Shown here one piece after another: positions 1-10,416 of a stretch of DNA of 64,000 nt. The stretch is from Cyanobacteria bacterium P01_D01_bin.156. GTDB taxonomy: Bacteria > Cyanobacteriota > Cyanobacteriia > Phormidesmidales > Phormidesmidaceae. Both the position numbers and the translations under genes were made by a program. The stretch lies in the NCBI GenBank assembly GCA_039024555.1, contig JBCCQQ010000032.1, positions 1-64,000 of the forward strand. Direction: 5' to 3'. The notes under the pieces were generated by a model. The model did not search any database. It worked only from the letters and a program-made list of their open reading frames with translations, and had not been told where the DNA came from. Every line of letters begins with the position of its first letter. Within the stretch, counting starts at the first letter, position 1.

Positions 1-135
1 AGAAGGTTGTCGGTACATTTCCCGAAGTAGGTGCAAGGGTTGTGAGCATTTTAGCTAGTTTCCCGTGCACTTAAGCACGTCGCAATAGATTGAAACCCTT
101 GCAAAATCTGGGTGCCTGACTTTAACAGCAAACCC
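1..135 (-). mobile_element. Probable end of an insertion sequence running off the left edge of the window
   Basis: On the minus strand the GTPase frame breaks right after GKSSLI at ...TTAAT-TA|GGGTTTGCTGTTAAAGTC. This resembles cyanobacterial IS termini (GGGYTTGCTG...) and is preceded by a TA. No transposase is visible in the window. Confidence 0.45.
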
Positions 136-283
136 TAATTAAAGAACTTTTGCCAGTGCTAACTTTACCAATGACGGCAATATTGAGAGTTTGAGATAAA
201 TTAGGGGCTTTTTGGACAAAATGAGCTTCAACACGATCAAAGAAGCCTTCTTCGTTAAATCCCTCATAAGCAGAGCTACTCAT
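122..283 (-). pseudogene. N-terminal fragment of a P-loop GTPase (Era/dynamin-like), truncated
   Basis: ATG at 283 with upstream GGAG. The G1 motif NIAVIGKVSTGKSSLI is followed by a stop 4 codons later. Confidence 0.65.
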
Positions 284-691
284 TAATTTAGTTACTCCGT
301 TTTGGTCATGTTTGATTGCACTTGTTAGCCTAAGATGTCTCAACTTCCTTAGACATGTCTACAAGTAGATGCTTTTGTATATATGATTCAGTATAACTAA
401 CCGTCAATCACAGTAGAGGCTGACAATGACATGTCAAAAATTATACTTGCCATATATTTATATGTGGCTATTTAGTTCGAGCTGCTCGAAGCTCGACTGT
501 TAATAGTATTGCTCTTCCATGTATTACCTGAGCAAAGTTTTACAGAGAAATAACAAGATATTGAAAAACTCTTCTAACGCACCTTACTGTATTCGATGGC
601 ATGCATTTTTAATGGGTCTAAGTACAGTACTTGGAATTTATGTTGCTAGTTTTATACGAATAACCTGCAATGATAAGTGCTGCTATTCTTT

Positions 692-1309
692 CTAAGAAAT
701 TGCCGTTTCTTCTGATTTCTGACGAGACACCATTGCTTGGAGCAAAAAAGCTATTGGGAACCCCAAAGTTACCGTTACACTCCACCCCCAGGAAACCAAC
801 CAGCCTGCCCCAATTGCCAGTAGATAAATGCTGGGTTCAAGATAGCTCTCTTGGCGAACGTGGCGAATGGTTTCGTTCGGTAAATCAGGTGCCACCAACC
901 GTCGGTTTTGAGTGCCATAAATCCACGCAGCAGTGGAAAAAATCCCTACCCCAATCGCTGCTGAGCTATAAAATAGATTAATCACAAATGCGCCATTAGA
1001 GGCTTCTGAGAGATCGCTGGCATAGGTCAATAGCACCACAAACAAGAGACCTAGCAGAGTCAGAAAAGTATGAATGGCATCGGTCTTTTGGTAATGCTTA
1101 AACTGGTTTACATGGTTGAACCAGTAGAATGCCAAGGTGAGAAATGTCAGGGCATAAATTCCTAGACCGGGTAGTTGTTGCAAAAGCACTTGAGCAGCCG
1201 TATCTGGAGATATATTATCCATCGATACTGGAGCAAAGACTATAGCCAGGATGGTCATGGCCACGGCGAAAATAATATCGCTGAGTCGAGCTAAACGTTC
1301 AATTGGCAT
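692..1309 (-). CDS. TMEM175/DUF1211 family membrane protein (putative K+ channel)
   Basis: N-terminal RLARLSDIIFAVAMTIL matches the RxxxFSDxVFAIxxTLL signature, with several hydrophobic helices. Confidence 0.85.
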   Translation of the reverse strand: MPIERLARLSDIIFAVAMTILAIVFAPVSMDNISPDTAAQVLLQQLPGLGIYALTFLTLAFYWFNHVNQFKHYQKTDAIHTFLTLLGLLFVVLLTYASDLSEASNGAFVINLFYSSAAIGVGIFSTAAWIYGTQNRRLVAPDLPNETIRHVRQESYLEPSIYLLAIGAGWLVSWGWSVTVTLGFPIAFLLQAMVSRQKSEETAIS

Positions 1310-1426
1310 TCGATATGCTTGGCTATCTTTAAGCTACGGGGTGAATATGTTGTATCGACTATAGCAAGACGTTGGTTAAGAAACAGTCTGCTGAACGATT
1401 TCACGACACTCATACCGTAGATACAT

Positions 1427-2125
1427 TTAGAACGGCGCAATGGTTTCGATGACTTCAGGTTCGTTTTGATCGTTAACCTGCATGACTACGATCTCTCCAG
1501 ATGCAACACCACTATCTGCGATCGCACCAATATTAACAAAGTGGGTGATCAATACCGTGACGCCCGGTTCATCCCGATTATTAATCATAAACTCTCGTAC
1601 TGCCGCAGTCTGTTCCGGTTCTGTAGAACGATCTGAAAAGAAGGAGTTTAGGGGTGGAAAGGGTTCAACAGGAGCCACATCCATGGCTGTTCCTGTGTCC
1701 AGGCAGCGACACCACTCGCTAGAGAGCACTCGCTGAACGGTAACCCTGTTCTCTTTAAAGGCGTCTCCTGTACGTTGGGCTTGGGCAATACCTTCCTGTG
1801 ACAGGTTACGTTGCGTTGCGCAATCGTCGAGCTGAAAGTTGGACGGATCGCCTGTGCCAGGTGCGATCGCATGGCGCATCAGCACATAGTAGTGGGTGTC
1901 TGCCTGTCGGAGTCGTGACCAGATATCGCCTTCAGAAACCGCAATTGTCTCTGGTGCCTCTGGTTGAGTTTCCGGTTCAGGTGTGATTTCAGCAGGGGTA
2001 CTTTCGGTAACAGGTGCAGAAGTTGTGGTAGGAGGATTAGATGGCTGTGAAACACTCCCGCAGCTTCCCAACGCAAATAGCAAGATCCCTATAGTACCGA
2101 TGAGCTTGTCTCTTGTGAGAATCAT
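1427..2125 (-). CDS. Histidine phosphatase family lipoprotein
   Basis: Lipobox-like LGSC, Pro/Thr linker, catalytic LMRHA motif, SSEWCRC and VLITH. Confidence 0.85.
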   Translation of the reverse strand: MILTRDKLIGTIGILLFALGSCGSVSQPSNPPTTTSAPVTESTPAEITPEPETQPEAPETIAVSEGDIWSRLRQADTHYYVLMRHAIAPGTGDPSNFQLDDCATQRNLSQEGIAQAQRTGDAFKENRVTVQRVLSSEWCRCLDTGTAMDVAPVEPFPPLNSFFSDRSTEPEQTAAVREFMINNRDEPGVTVLITHFVNIGAIADSGVASGEIVVMQVNDQNEPEVIETIAPF

Positions 2126-2602
2126 ATAAAATCTCTGTTTCTATTTCATATTCTTGTGCTTCTTTCCTGAGCGCATCTAAGATTGTCATTTCCTGCTCGA
2201 CCATATGTTAATTTTCTCCAGATATTCGAGAAAATCTGTTCCCAGTTTTTCGCCCACCATTTACAGATATAAAGTCTACCCGGTGGAGGTGTGTGGCGAT
2301 CAGTATTGTTTATTTAATGGATATTTTTACTCCATCCTCTCCAGGGCATTGTTACGCGACTCGGCTACATCACTCTTTGAATAAGAAATCTTAAAGATTC
2401 GTCGCAGACCAGCTTTACTGAAGCATCAAATATATTTGGTATTTAGGTAAATTTATCAGTGTCTTCATCAGCATTGTAGGCCTACTATTTGTTGTATTAG
2501 CCATACTGGCCCATACAGTGGTGTATCAACAAGTCTTCCGGGGTGCTCTTAAATTGCGGTAGATCCAACTACTTAGGAACACTAATTTAATACACACGCT
2601 CT

Positions 2603-3166
2603 ATGTCTACGAAAAGGACTAGCACTATCTACGTGTTGCTCACGCTTGTGACAGCCATCGTATGTAGCAGTTGTGCCCAATCGTCTCAGCAAAGCTTAAA
2701 TACAGCTAATGCTGATTTAACGATTGCTCAGCCTGGGGCGTTAGAATCAGCCGTCACCAACTACAGCATCAATATCGATGAGAAAGGTCGAGCCCTGCGA
2801 GGCTACGATCCGATTTCTTATTTTGCCGATGGGGCTCCTGTTGAAGGTAGTCAAGAATTTAGTTTTGAGTGGAATGAAGCAGAGTATTACTTTGCAACCG
2901 CTGAAAACCGTGACAAATTCATTGGCAATCCAGGAAAATATGCACCTGCTAATGGCGGATACTGTACCTTTGGCGTGGTTTTGGCAAAGAAGTTTGATGG
3001 CGACCCAACAATCTGGTCCGTTCATAAAGATCGCCTTTATGTTTTTCTAAATCGAGAAGTTCAAGAAAAATTTTTGCAGGATGAATTCGGAAACTTGAGA
3101 AGAGTGGCCGAAAATTGGCCTATCATCCAGGACAAATCTCCAGAAGAACTAGCAGCCTCCAGCTAA
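2603..3166 (+). CDS. Exported YHS-domain protein (probable lipoprotein)
   Basis: Signal peptide with Cys, plus GYDPISYF, YYFATAENRDKF...P.KYAP and GGYCTFG motifs. Confidence 0.85.
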   Translation: MSTKRTSTIYVLLTLVTAIVCSSCAQSSQQSLNTANADLTIAQPGALESAVTNYSINIDEKGRALRGYDPISYFADGAPVEGSQEFSFEWNEAEYYFATAENRDKFIGNPGKYAPANGGYCTFGVVLAKKFDGDPTIWSVHKDRLYVFLNREVQEKFLQDEFGNLRRVAENWPIIQDKSPEELAASS

Positions 3167-3341
3167 ACCTAGCTAGTTTTTGTACCTGCCTATAAATTGC
3201 CCCAGACCTTTCTTGGGGCTCGTCGGAGTGTAGGTGAACGGTGTTGGCAACCACCTTGATATCGATTGCTGAGTGGAGTCCTTCCCTCAGGTTTAATCGT
3301 AAGTGAAACACTGAAGTGAGATCAAAGCTTTACGCTGCCCC

Positions 3342-5924
3342 ATGAATCAGTGTCGATTTGGATTTTTTAATCAGCTTTCCCGAGTGATCGTGGCCGCCCT
3401 GGTAGTCACGTTTCTGCTGGCGGTTCTGGATTTTCGAGATCGCTCTAAAGTGAATCGAATCTTGGCGGAACAACAAATGCTTCTGCTGTTGAAGAAACAA
3501 CTTACCCAAGCTACCCAAGATTTGTTTCAGGCTAGACTCAATGAGTCACAGTTAATCAACACGCAAAAGGTCATCTTTTTTGAAAAGTTTGAGGCAAAAT
3601 TAGATCAATCTGAAGCCTTGACGCATACGTTAACCCAGCAGTGCCAAGACGCGGAAATTATCAGTCATCTTGTAACCACGCTGATTTACCTGCAGAACTA
3701 TCGAGGCTCGGTTGCGAATATCCGTAGTCTTCAGCAGGAGATGGGTCTGGATAATGCTGTCGGTATTTTGCCCCAGTTACAAACTTCAAATCAGAGCATT
3801 GAAAAACTGTTGGATCAGGCTGGACAGAAAGATCTGATTTTTGAATTTGTTCATATGCAAATTTTTGAGAAAGACTTTAGCAGCACCCTTGATATGCGGT
3901 TAGTCAATCAATTGAATGAACAAATTGAGAAGATGGACCTAGCGATTCAAGCTGCAAATCTATCCCCAGATCTGAAGGGAACGCTGCTAAACGAAATTGA
4001 TGCCTACCAAAAGCTGGTTTCCTTGTTTATTAACAACACAATTGAGCTGGAGCTGTCGATCGCGGAAAGCACTCTACACTATGACCGGATTGCTCCAAAG
4101 ATCACCCTCAGTCAGGACAAGATTGATCAGTTTTTAGAACAAACTTCTGGTCAATTGCGATCGCAGCGTCGGATTTCTACTATTCAAACTATCGCCGTTT
4201 TTGCGAGTGCCTTTATCTTTCTCCTGTGGCTCGTCATCCTACGACTGCGAGGCGCGCGCCAGCTGACTAAACGCCTGCGGCAATTGGCCCAAGGCATGCA
4301 AAAAGTAGCTGCAGGACATTTTGAAGAAATCGGTGAATTGCCCCAGGGCCGTGATGAAGTGGGCACCTTAGCAGAATCCTTTTCGGCTATGGCCACTAAG
4401 ATTCATAACCAGATTGACGTTATTAAAAAGGCTCAAGAGAAAGCAGAAATTGCCAATCAGGCTAAATCCAACTTCTTGGCCAACATGAGCCATGAACTGC
4501 GTACCCCTTTGAACGCTATTTTAGGCTTTACCCAAGTTATGCATCACCATCATGGGTTAACGGCTGAGCACTACAACTACCTCAGTATTATTAATCAAAG
4601 TGGTGAACACCTGCTGGCACTGATTAATGATGTTTTGGATATGTCCAAGATTGAGGCCGGTAAATCCATCCTTAATGAAGAAAATTTTGATATCCACCAG
4701 CTGCTTGAAACCCTGCAATCCATGCTGCAGGTCAAGGCTGAGTCTAAGGGGTTGGTGCTAACCGTTGACCGTGCTCCTGATGTGCCCCAGTGGATTCAGA
4801 CCGATCAGCACAAACTGCGTCAAGTGCTCATTAATCTACTGGGGAATGCCCTGAAATTTACCCAGCAGGGACAGGTCAGTTTGCACGTAAGCCTAGCCAG
4901 TGAGAGGTCAGAAGATACATTGGATGCAGCGACCCAAGTATTAACCTTTGCGGTAACAGATTCCGGTCCCGGCATTGCCCCCCATGAAATTAACCACCTA
5001 TTTGATGCCTTTAACCAGGGGCAGCAGGGCAAACGCCGGGGAGGAACTGGCCTGGGGCTAGCTATCAGTCAGAGGTTTGTTCAACTCATGCAGGGAGAGA
5101 TTCGGGTTCAGAGTCAGTTAGGCGAGGGCAGCCAGTTTAGCTTTGATCTGCCCGTAGGAGTTGCCTCTGCCGTCAATACAACCTTGGCCCAGCCACTGAC
5201 GGTAGTTGCTCTTGAAGATAACCAACCGGACTATCGCATTTTAGTGGTGGACAATAATCAGAACAGCCGGTTATTGATGGTGCAATTTTTGACTGGGGTG
5301 GGATTTTCTGTGCAAACAGCTCACCATGGGCAAGAGGCTCTTGATCGCTGCCAACAATGGTATCCCCATCTAATTTGGATGGATTTCAACATGCCGGTTA
5401 TGGATGGATATGAAGCGACTCAACAGATTAAACAATGGTCTACAACCCAAAGCCCGGCTCAATGGCGCTTACCTCTGCAGGGACCAACCGCTCAGTCATT
5501 TCCCATTGTGATTGCCCTGACCGCAACTACATTTGAGGCCGATCGACAGCGTATGTTAACAGCAGGCTGTAGCGATTTTGTCAGTAAACCGATTCAACGA
5601 GGACTGATCTTGCAGAAAATAGCGGACTACTTAGGGGTGTGCTACCGCTATGGGGATGCTGCTGCCCCAATACCCCATCAGCCGACGGTTACTAACGGAC
5701 ACACGGCTGACCTCAGTGTCGATATGCTGCAGCCAATGTCCATAAAATGGTTAAAACATCTGCATCAGGAAGCTTGTCTGGCTGAACAAGACAACGTCAT
5801 TGACTTAGCCAACGACATTATGGATGCCAATCCATCCCTGAGTTTGGCGATTAAGCATCTCGTCGATCGGTTTGATTACGAGAAAATCATTGTTTGTACG
5901 GAGGAGGTGTTGACCTATGAGTGA
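3342..5924 (+). CDS. Membrane hybrid sensor histidine kinase (HAMP-HisKA-HATPase-REC)
   Basis: Two TM segments, HAMP (DEVGTLAESF), H-box ANMSHELRTPLNAI, N-box NLLGNALKFT, GTGLGLAI and receiver LIWMDFNMP. Confidence 0.95.
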   Translation: MNQCRFGFFNQLSRVIVAALVVTFLLAVLDFRDRSKVNRILAEQQMLLLLKKQLTQATQDLFQARLNESQLINTQKVIFFEKFEAKLDQSEALTHTLTQQCQDAEIISHLVTTLIYLQNYRGSVANIRSLQQEMGLDNAVGILPQLQTSNQSIEKLLDQAGQKDLIFEFVHMQIFEKDFSSTLDMRLVNQLNEQIEKMDLAIQAANLSPDLKGTLLNEIDAYQKLVSLFINNTIELELSIAESTLHYDRIAPKITLSQDKIDQFLEQTSGQLRSQRRISTIQTIAVFASAFIFLLWLVILRLRGARQLTKRLRQLAQGMQKVAAGHFEEIGELPQGRDEVGTLAESFSAMATKIHNQIDVIKKAQEKAEIANQAKSNFLANMSHELRTPLNAILGFTQVMHHHHGLTAEHYNYLSIINQSGEHLLALINDVLDMSKIEAGKSILNEENFDIHQLLETLQSMLQVKAESKGLVLTVDRAPDVPQWIQTDQHKLRQVLINLLGNALKFTQQGQVSLHVSLASERSEDTLDAATQVLTFAVTDSGPGIAPHEINHLFDAFNQGQQGKRRGGTGLGLAISQRFVQLMQGEIRVQSQLGEGSQFSFDLPVGVASAVNTTLAQPLTVVALEDNQPDYRILVVDNNQNSRLLMVQFLTGVGFSVQTAHHGQEALDRCQQWYPHLIWMDFNMPVMDGYEATQQIKQWSTTQSPAQWRLPLQGPTAQSFPIVIALTATTFEADRQRMLTAGCSDFVSKPIQRGLILQKIADYLGVCYRYGDAAAPIPHQPTVTNGHTADLSVDMLQPMSIKWLKHLHQEACLAEQDNVIDLANDIMDANPSLSLAIKHLVDRFDYEKIIVCTEEVLTYE

Positions 5925-7320
5925 AGTTTGTTCCCAGCTCATAACGGGCCATATTCTCATCGTTGATGATGCCCCTAAAAATGTTCAGTTGCTGTCTGAC
6001 ACCCTCTCTAAGCAGGGCCACAAGGTTCGGGGAGTCTTATCTGGAGAGATGGCGCTTAGGGCTTCTAATTCTCTCCCCGACTTGATCCTTCTAGACATCA
6101 TGATGCCTGGCATGGATGGCTATGAAGTGTGTCGAAAATTAAAAGAATCTCCTTTTACTTGTGCCATTCCTATCATTTTTTTGAGTGCCTTAGATGCCGT
6201 TTCGGACAAGGTAAAAGCGTTTGAAGTGGGAGGTGTGGACTACATTACAAAGCCTTTTCAGTTGCAGGAAGTGCATGCTCGGGTCAGTCATCAGCTGAAG
6301 TTGCAGCAGCTACAAAGGCAACTGGTGGCTCAGACTGAAGCACTGAACCACAAAAATGTTCGGTTGCAGCAAGAAATTTGCGATCGCGAGCACATTGAAG
6401 CGGCGTTGCGGGCATCAGAAATTAAAGAACGAGAAAAAAAACATCAGCTTAGCCAAACTCTTACGCAGCTTCAAAAAGCCCAAGCCCATCTGGTGCAACA
6501 GGAAAAAATGTCAGGCTTGGGGCAGCTGGTTGCTGGAGTAGCCCATGAAATCAACAACCCGGTCACGTTTATTTACGGCAACCTGCAATGTGCTGAAACC
6601 TATGCCCAGGATCTCCTGACGGCTCTGGAGATTTATCAGCAGGCGGTTCCTAAATTACCCACTGATTTACAGACTAATGTGGAATCTTTGGATCTAGACT
6701 TTATTCAAGAAGATTTTCCAAAATTACTGCGGTCAATGAATGTAGGATCGGAACGCATTCGTGAGATTGTACATTCCCTACGTGTCTTTTCTCGGCATAG
6801 TGAGGCGGAGATTAAAGCTGTCGATATCCATGAAGGCTTTGATAGTACCTTAATGATTCTCAAAAGTCGGCTCCGTGCCCAGGCAAATCACACGGCTGTA
6901 AAAGTTATAAAAGAGTATGGAGACCTACCTAAAGTGGAATGTTGCCCAGGGCAGCTCAACCAGGTCTTTATGAATATTTTGACCAACAGCATTGATGCCC
7001 TGGAACTGCTAAGACAAGCTGAAAAGACTCCCTACCCCCATCGGGAGCCAACTATTAGCGTTCAGACCAAGTGTCTATCTGCTGAGCGCATTGGTATTTA
7101 TATTTCTGACAATGGGCCGGGCATTCCTAAAGATCTTCAACACCGACTTTTTGAGCCGTTTTTTACCACTAAAGATATTGGTAAGGGGACTGGGCTGGGG
7201 CTAGCTATCAGCTACAAGATTATTGTGGAACACCATAGGGGAGAACTACGCTGTCTTTCAATGCCGGGGCAGGGAGTCATGTTTGTGATCGAAATTCCAG
7301 TGACCCATCGATCTCCCTGA
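5917..7320 (+). CDS. Hybrid response regulator/histidine kinase (REC-HisKA-HATPase)
   Basis: ILIVDD...LILLDIMMP receiver, H-box GVAHEINNP and GKGTGLGL. Overlaps the upstream gene by 8 bp. Confidence 0.95.
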   Translation: MSEVCSQLITGHILIVDDAPKNVQLLSDTLSKQGHKVRGVLSGEMALRASNSLPDLILLDIMMPGMDGYEVCRKLKESPFTCAIPIIFLSALDAVSDKVKAFEVGGVDYITKPFQLQEVHARVSHQLKLQQLQRQLVAQTEALNHKNVRLQQEICDREHIEAALRASEIKEREKKHQLSQTLTQLQKAQAHLVQQEKMSGLGQLVAGVAHEINNPVTFIYGNLQCAETYAQDLLTALEIYQQAVPKLPTDLQTNVESLDLDFIQEDFPKLLRSMNVGSERIREIVHSLRVFSRHSEAEIKAVDIHEGFDSTLMILKSRLRAQANHTAVKVIKEYGDLPKVECCPGQLNQVFMNILTNSIDALELLRQAEKTPYPHREPTISVQTKCLSAERIGIYISDNGPGIPKDLQHRLFEPFFTTKDIGKGTGLGLAISYKIIVEHHRGELRCLSMPGQGVMFVIEIPVTHRSP

Positions 7321-7507
7321 GAGATTAGTCATTATTTATCACATTCATTTTCTAACGACCCTAAGCATTCTGATTTAGCTCAGCCCATGGTCAATTGCTA
7401 GGAGTAAGTGGACCAAAATCTGTAATCTCTGACCTAAAATAAGATTAATCGATTGACTCTATTTTGATTTTTGAGTAGATTAAGGTTAATGAGTTAATCT
7501 TAGTTGG

Positions 7508-8980
7508 ATGCTTGAGATCGCAAAGGAAGACATCCTCTCCCGCCTTCAATTTGATAATCCCTGGTGGGAAATGGGCAGTGAAGGGAAAATAGTTTACGAA
7601 GACACACCACGACGTAAGTACTTTGAGCGGTTCTCTCAAAATATCCTAGATACAAGTGTACGTCGAGCAATAGTTTTGATGGGGCCGAGGCGTGTTGGCA
7701 AAACTGTTATGGTTTATCACACGATTCGTTTGCTCCTAGATTCTAAAATTAGTGCAAAAAATATCTTATATGTATCTCTTGAAACTCCAATTTATACAGG
7801 GCTTCCATTGGAGCGAATACTTAGTTACTTTCAGGAGTTATTCAATCACGACCGCAATTCAAGTCTATTTATCTTTTTTGACGAAATCCAGTATCTACGT
7901 GAATGGGAAATTCATCTAAAATCTCTCGTTGACTCATTCCCAAGTTGTCGGTTTACGGCTACTGGTTCTGCCGCCGCAGCACTAAGGCTGAAAAGCACTG
8001 AGTCTGGTGCTGGGCGATTCAGTGACTATGTTTTACCACCGCTGACTTTTGCTGAGTATTTGATGTTTATAGGAAAAGAAAATGAATTAATACAGAAAAA
8101 TATTCATGACTCTGAAGATTCTGGCTATCCATCCCAGAGATATGAGTTTATGTCCAAAAATATCGACGAATTAAACGAGGAATTTATTAATTACCTGAAC
8201 TTTGGCGGATATCCAGAAGCTGTTTTTTCTGAAACAATCCGGCAAGATCCTGGCCAATATATTAAAAGCGATATTATTGATAAGGTCTTGCTAAGAGATT
8301 TGCCAAGCCTTTACGGAATTAGTGATATTCAAGAGCTAAATAGGCTTTTCACAACCCTTGCATATAATTCGGGCAACGAAGTCAGTCTAGAAGGATTATC
8401 ACAATCTTCTGGTGTAGCTAAAAATACTATCAAACGTTACCTTGAGTATCTTGAGGCAGCATTCCTAATTCGCCGTGTAGAGCGAATTGATCAGAATGCT
8501 AAGAGGTTTAAGAGAGCAATTTGCTTTAAGGTCTATTTGACTAACCCATCAATGCGAGCTGCGCTATTTGGTCAGCTTGACACAAATTCTAAGGCTATGG
8601 GGGCTATGACTGAAACTGCTATTTTCAGCCAATGGCAACATAGTAAAATGATTGAGCTTTACTACGCGCGGTGGAAGACAGGAGAGATCGATATTGTTAA
8701 TTTAGAAGCTGTCAATCAATCACCTTCTTGGATAGTTGAGGTTAAGTGGAGCGATCGTCCTTATAGTTCGCCCTCCGCATTGGATAACTGTGTAGAATTT
8801 GTGAAGAAAAATTCAGGTGTGTCTCAACCGATTTTGATAACCAGTAAGACTATTAGAGAACACGATTTTTTATACAAAAACCTACGATTTCACTTTGAAC
8901 CTGCTAGTTTGTATGCCTATGTTCTTAGTGCGAACATATTGCGAAATATTGATGCTAAGGTTAATCAGTCTCGTAAGTAA
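7508..8980 (+). CDS. AAA+ ATPase (AAA_14/DUF4143-type) with HTH and C-terminal PD-(D/E)XK-like domain
   Basis: Walker A GPRRVGKT, Walker B FFDEIQ, TGS, GGYPE and C-terminal EIDIV...VEVKW. Confidence 0.85.
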   Translation: MLEIAKEDILSRLQFDNPWWEMGSEGKIVYEDTPRRKYFERFSQNILDTSVRRAIVLMGPRRVGKTVMVYHTIRLLLDSKISAKNILYVSLETPIYTGLPLERILSYFQELFNHDRNSSLFIFFDEIQYLREWEIHLKSLVDSFPSCRFTATGSAAAALRLKSTESGAGRFSDYVLPPLTFAEYLMFIGKENELIQKNIHDSEDSGYPSQRYEFMSKNIDELNEEFINYLNFGGYPEAVFSETIRQDPGQYIKSDIIDKVLLRDLPSLYGISDIQELNRLFTTLAYNSGNEVSLEGLSQSSGVAKNTIKRYLEYLEAAFLIRRVERIDQNAKRFKRAICFKVYLTNPSMRAALFGQLDTNSKAMGAMTETAIFSQWQHSKMIELYYARWKTGEIDIVNLEAVNQSPSWIVEVKWSDRPYSSPSALDNCVEFVKKNSGVSQPILITSKTIREHDFLYKNLRFHFEPASLYAYVLSANILRNIDAKVNQSRK

Positions 8981-9103
8981 AAGCAACAAATAATGGGCAA
9001 AAAACTATACTTGCAGGTTAGATGTAAAATTGGGTTTTGCTCAATTTTCTAATTCCGCACATTGTAGTAATACCCTCTTCCTTTTGTTCACTTGAGTAAA
9101 GCC

Positions 9104-9976
9104 TTACCAGAAAAACTTTAGCAATGCATCTATAAACTCTTCTGGGGCATCCTGCTGTATCCAGTGGGATGCATTTTCAATAGGCTTAAACACAGCACCT
9201 GGAATTTCTGTTGCCAGTTGTTTTCCATCCTCTGCTTTTTGCCAGGGGTCATCCATTCCCCACAGAATCATGGTCGGTGCCGAAATATTCTCATGGCGAT
9301 CTACCAGAGCCATGGTCTGATTGGCATTTAATGCCGAAGCGTTACGCAGTAAACTCAATTTGCCTTCTTCGCTGGCCCAGGGGGCAATAATGCCTGCTCG
9401 AAAGTCATGGGTTAATCGGCCAGGGCGAGAAAGCCCCATGGCGATACTTTCTTTTAAGGCAGCGACTAAATCCTCAATGGGGCGAGGCTTCCACCGTAGG
9501 GGATGACCAAAATCGAGCATGTCATCATCAAACCGGTCGTAGCAGACGGAGTTGGTAATGACCAGCTGATTTACCACTTGAGGATGTTCAATGGCCAGGA
9601 TTAAGGCAACGGCTCCGCCGGTATCGTGCCCCACAATATGTACCTGAGATAGGTTCAGAGCATCTAACAGAGCCAGAATCATTTTGGCCTGATCTTGAAA
9701 CGAACGATCAAAGCGATCGCGTTTGTCTGACCAACCATGACCTAGAAAATCTGGCGCAATGACTCGATACCCGGCCTCCACCAAAGGCGGAATCACCGCG
9801 TGGTACAGATATCCCCAGGTAGGAATGCCATGCATCAGCAAAATGGTACCGGTTTGGTCAGTGCCCATATCCACATAGCGAATGTTGACCGGGATGTGGG
9901 CAACCGCTTGAGCAGGCAGCTCGATTTCTTTTTGAGCATTCTTATAGTCTTGCCAAGTATTCCAAAATGTCATCAT
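9104..9976 (-). CDS. Alpha/beta-fold hydrolase (haloalkane dehalogenase/epoxide hydrolase-like)
   Basis: HGIPTW oxyanion motif, PDFLGHGWS, nucleophile elbow GHDTGG and C-terminal ASHW. Confidence 0.9.
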   Translation of the reverse strand: MMTFWNTWQDYKNAQKEIELPAQAVAHIPVNIRYVDMGTDQTGTILLMHGIPTWGYLYHAVIPPLVEAGYRVIAPDFLGHGWSDKRDRFDRSFQDQAKMILALLDALNLSQVHIVGHDTGGAVALILAIEHPQVVNQLVITNSVCYDRFDDDMLDFGHPLRWKPRPIEDLVAALKESIAMGLSRPGRLTHDFRAGIIAPWASEEGKLSLLRNASALNANQTMALVDRHENISAPTMILWGMDDPWQKAEDGKQLATEIPGAVFKPIENASHWIQQDAPEEFIDALLKFFW

Positions 9977-10416
9977 GCTGATGGCTCATTCTACCTGCAT
10001 AGTCTGATTGCTGTACGGTATGGTATCACGGCATTTTTAAGGTCTGATAACATCAAGTAAACAAGGTGAATATTAGGTCAATCAAGAGCTTCAGGGTATT
10101 GTTTTTAAGCGTAAAAACCGTGATTGTATGTCTTTTATCGATGCCCTTGGATAGATGGAGATATTAAATAGAAACACTCTGGATATTAGTTGCATATACA
10201 GTAGCTGTTGTTTTTGACTCACTTGGGCTGTAGCTCATCCGATTAAAAGCATTGGTTAGAGGCTAATAAATTGGAGATGTTGCGGGCTCTTTACCGTCGT
10301 TAGCTGAGTCATTTGGATGGGGACCCTGTGCATAATATTGGCTATTGATGCCTGTGGTAGCATTACTCATAATTTCTGTCCTTATTACTGAACCAGTCTA
10401 CGGGTAGGAAACCTCC

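Noticed and set aside
2603..3166. Selenoprotein recoding in the YHS protein
   Set aside because: The GGYC position is a normal Cys codon, and there is no in-frame TGA.
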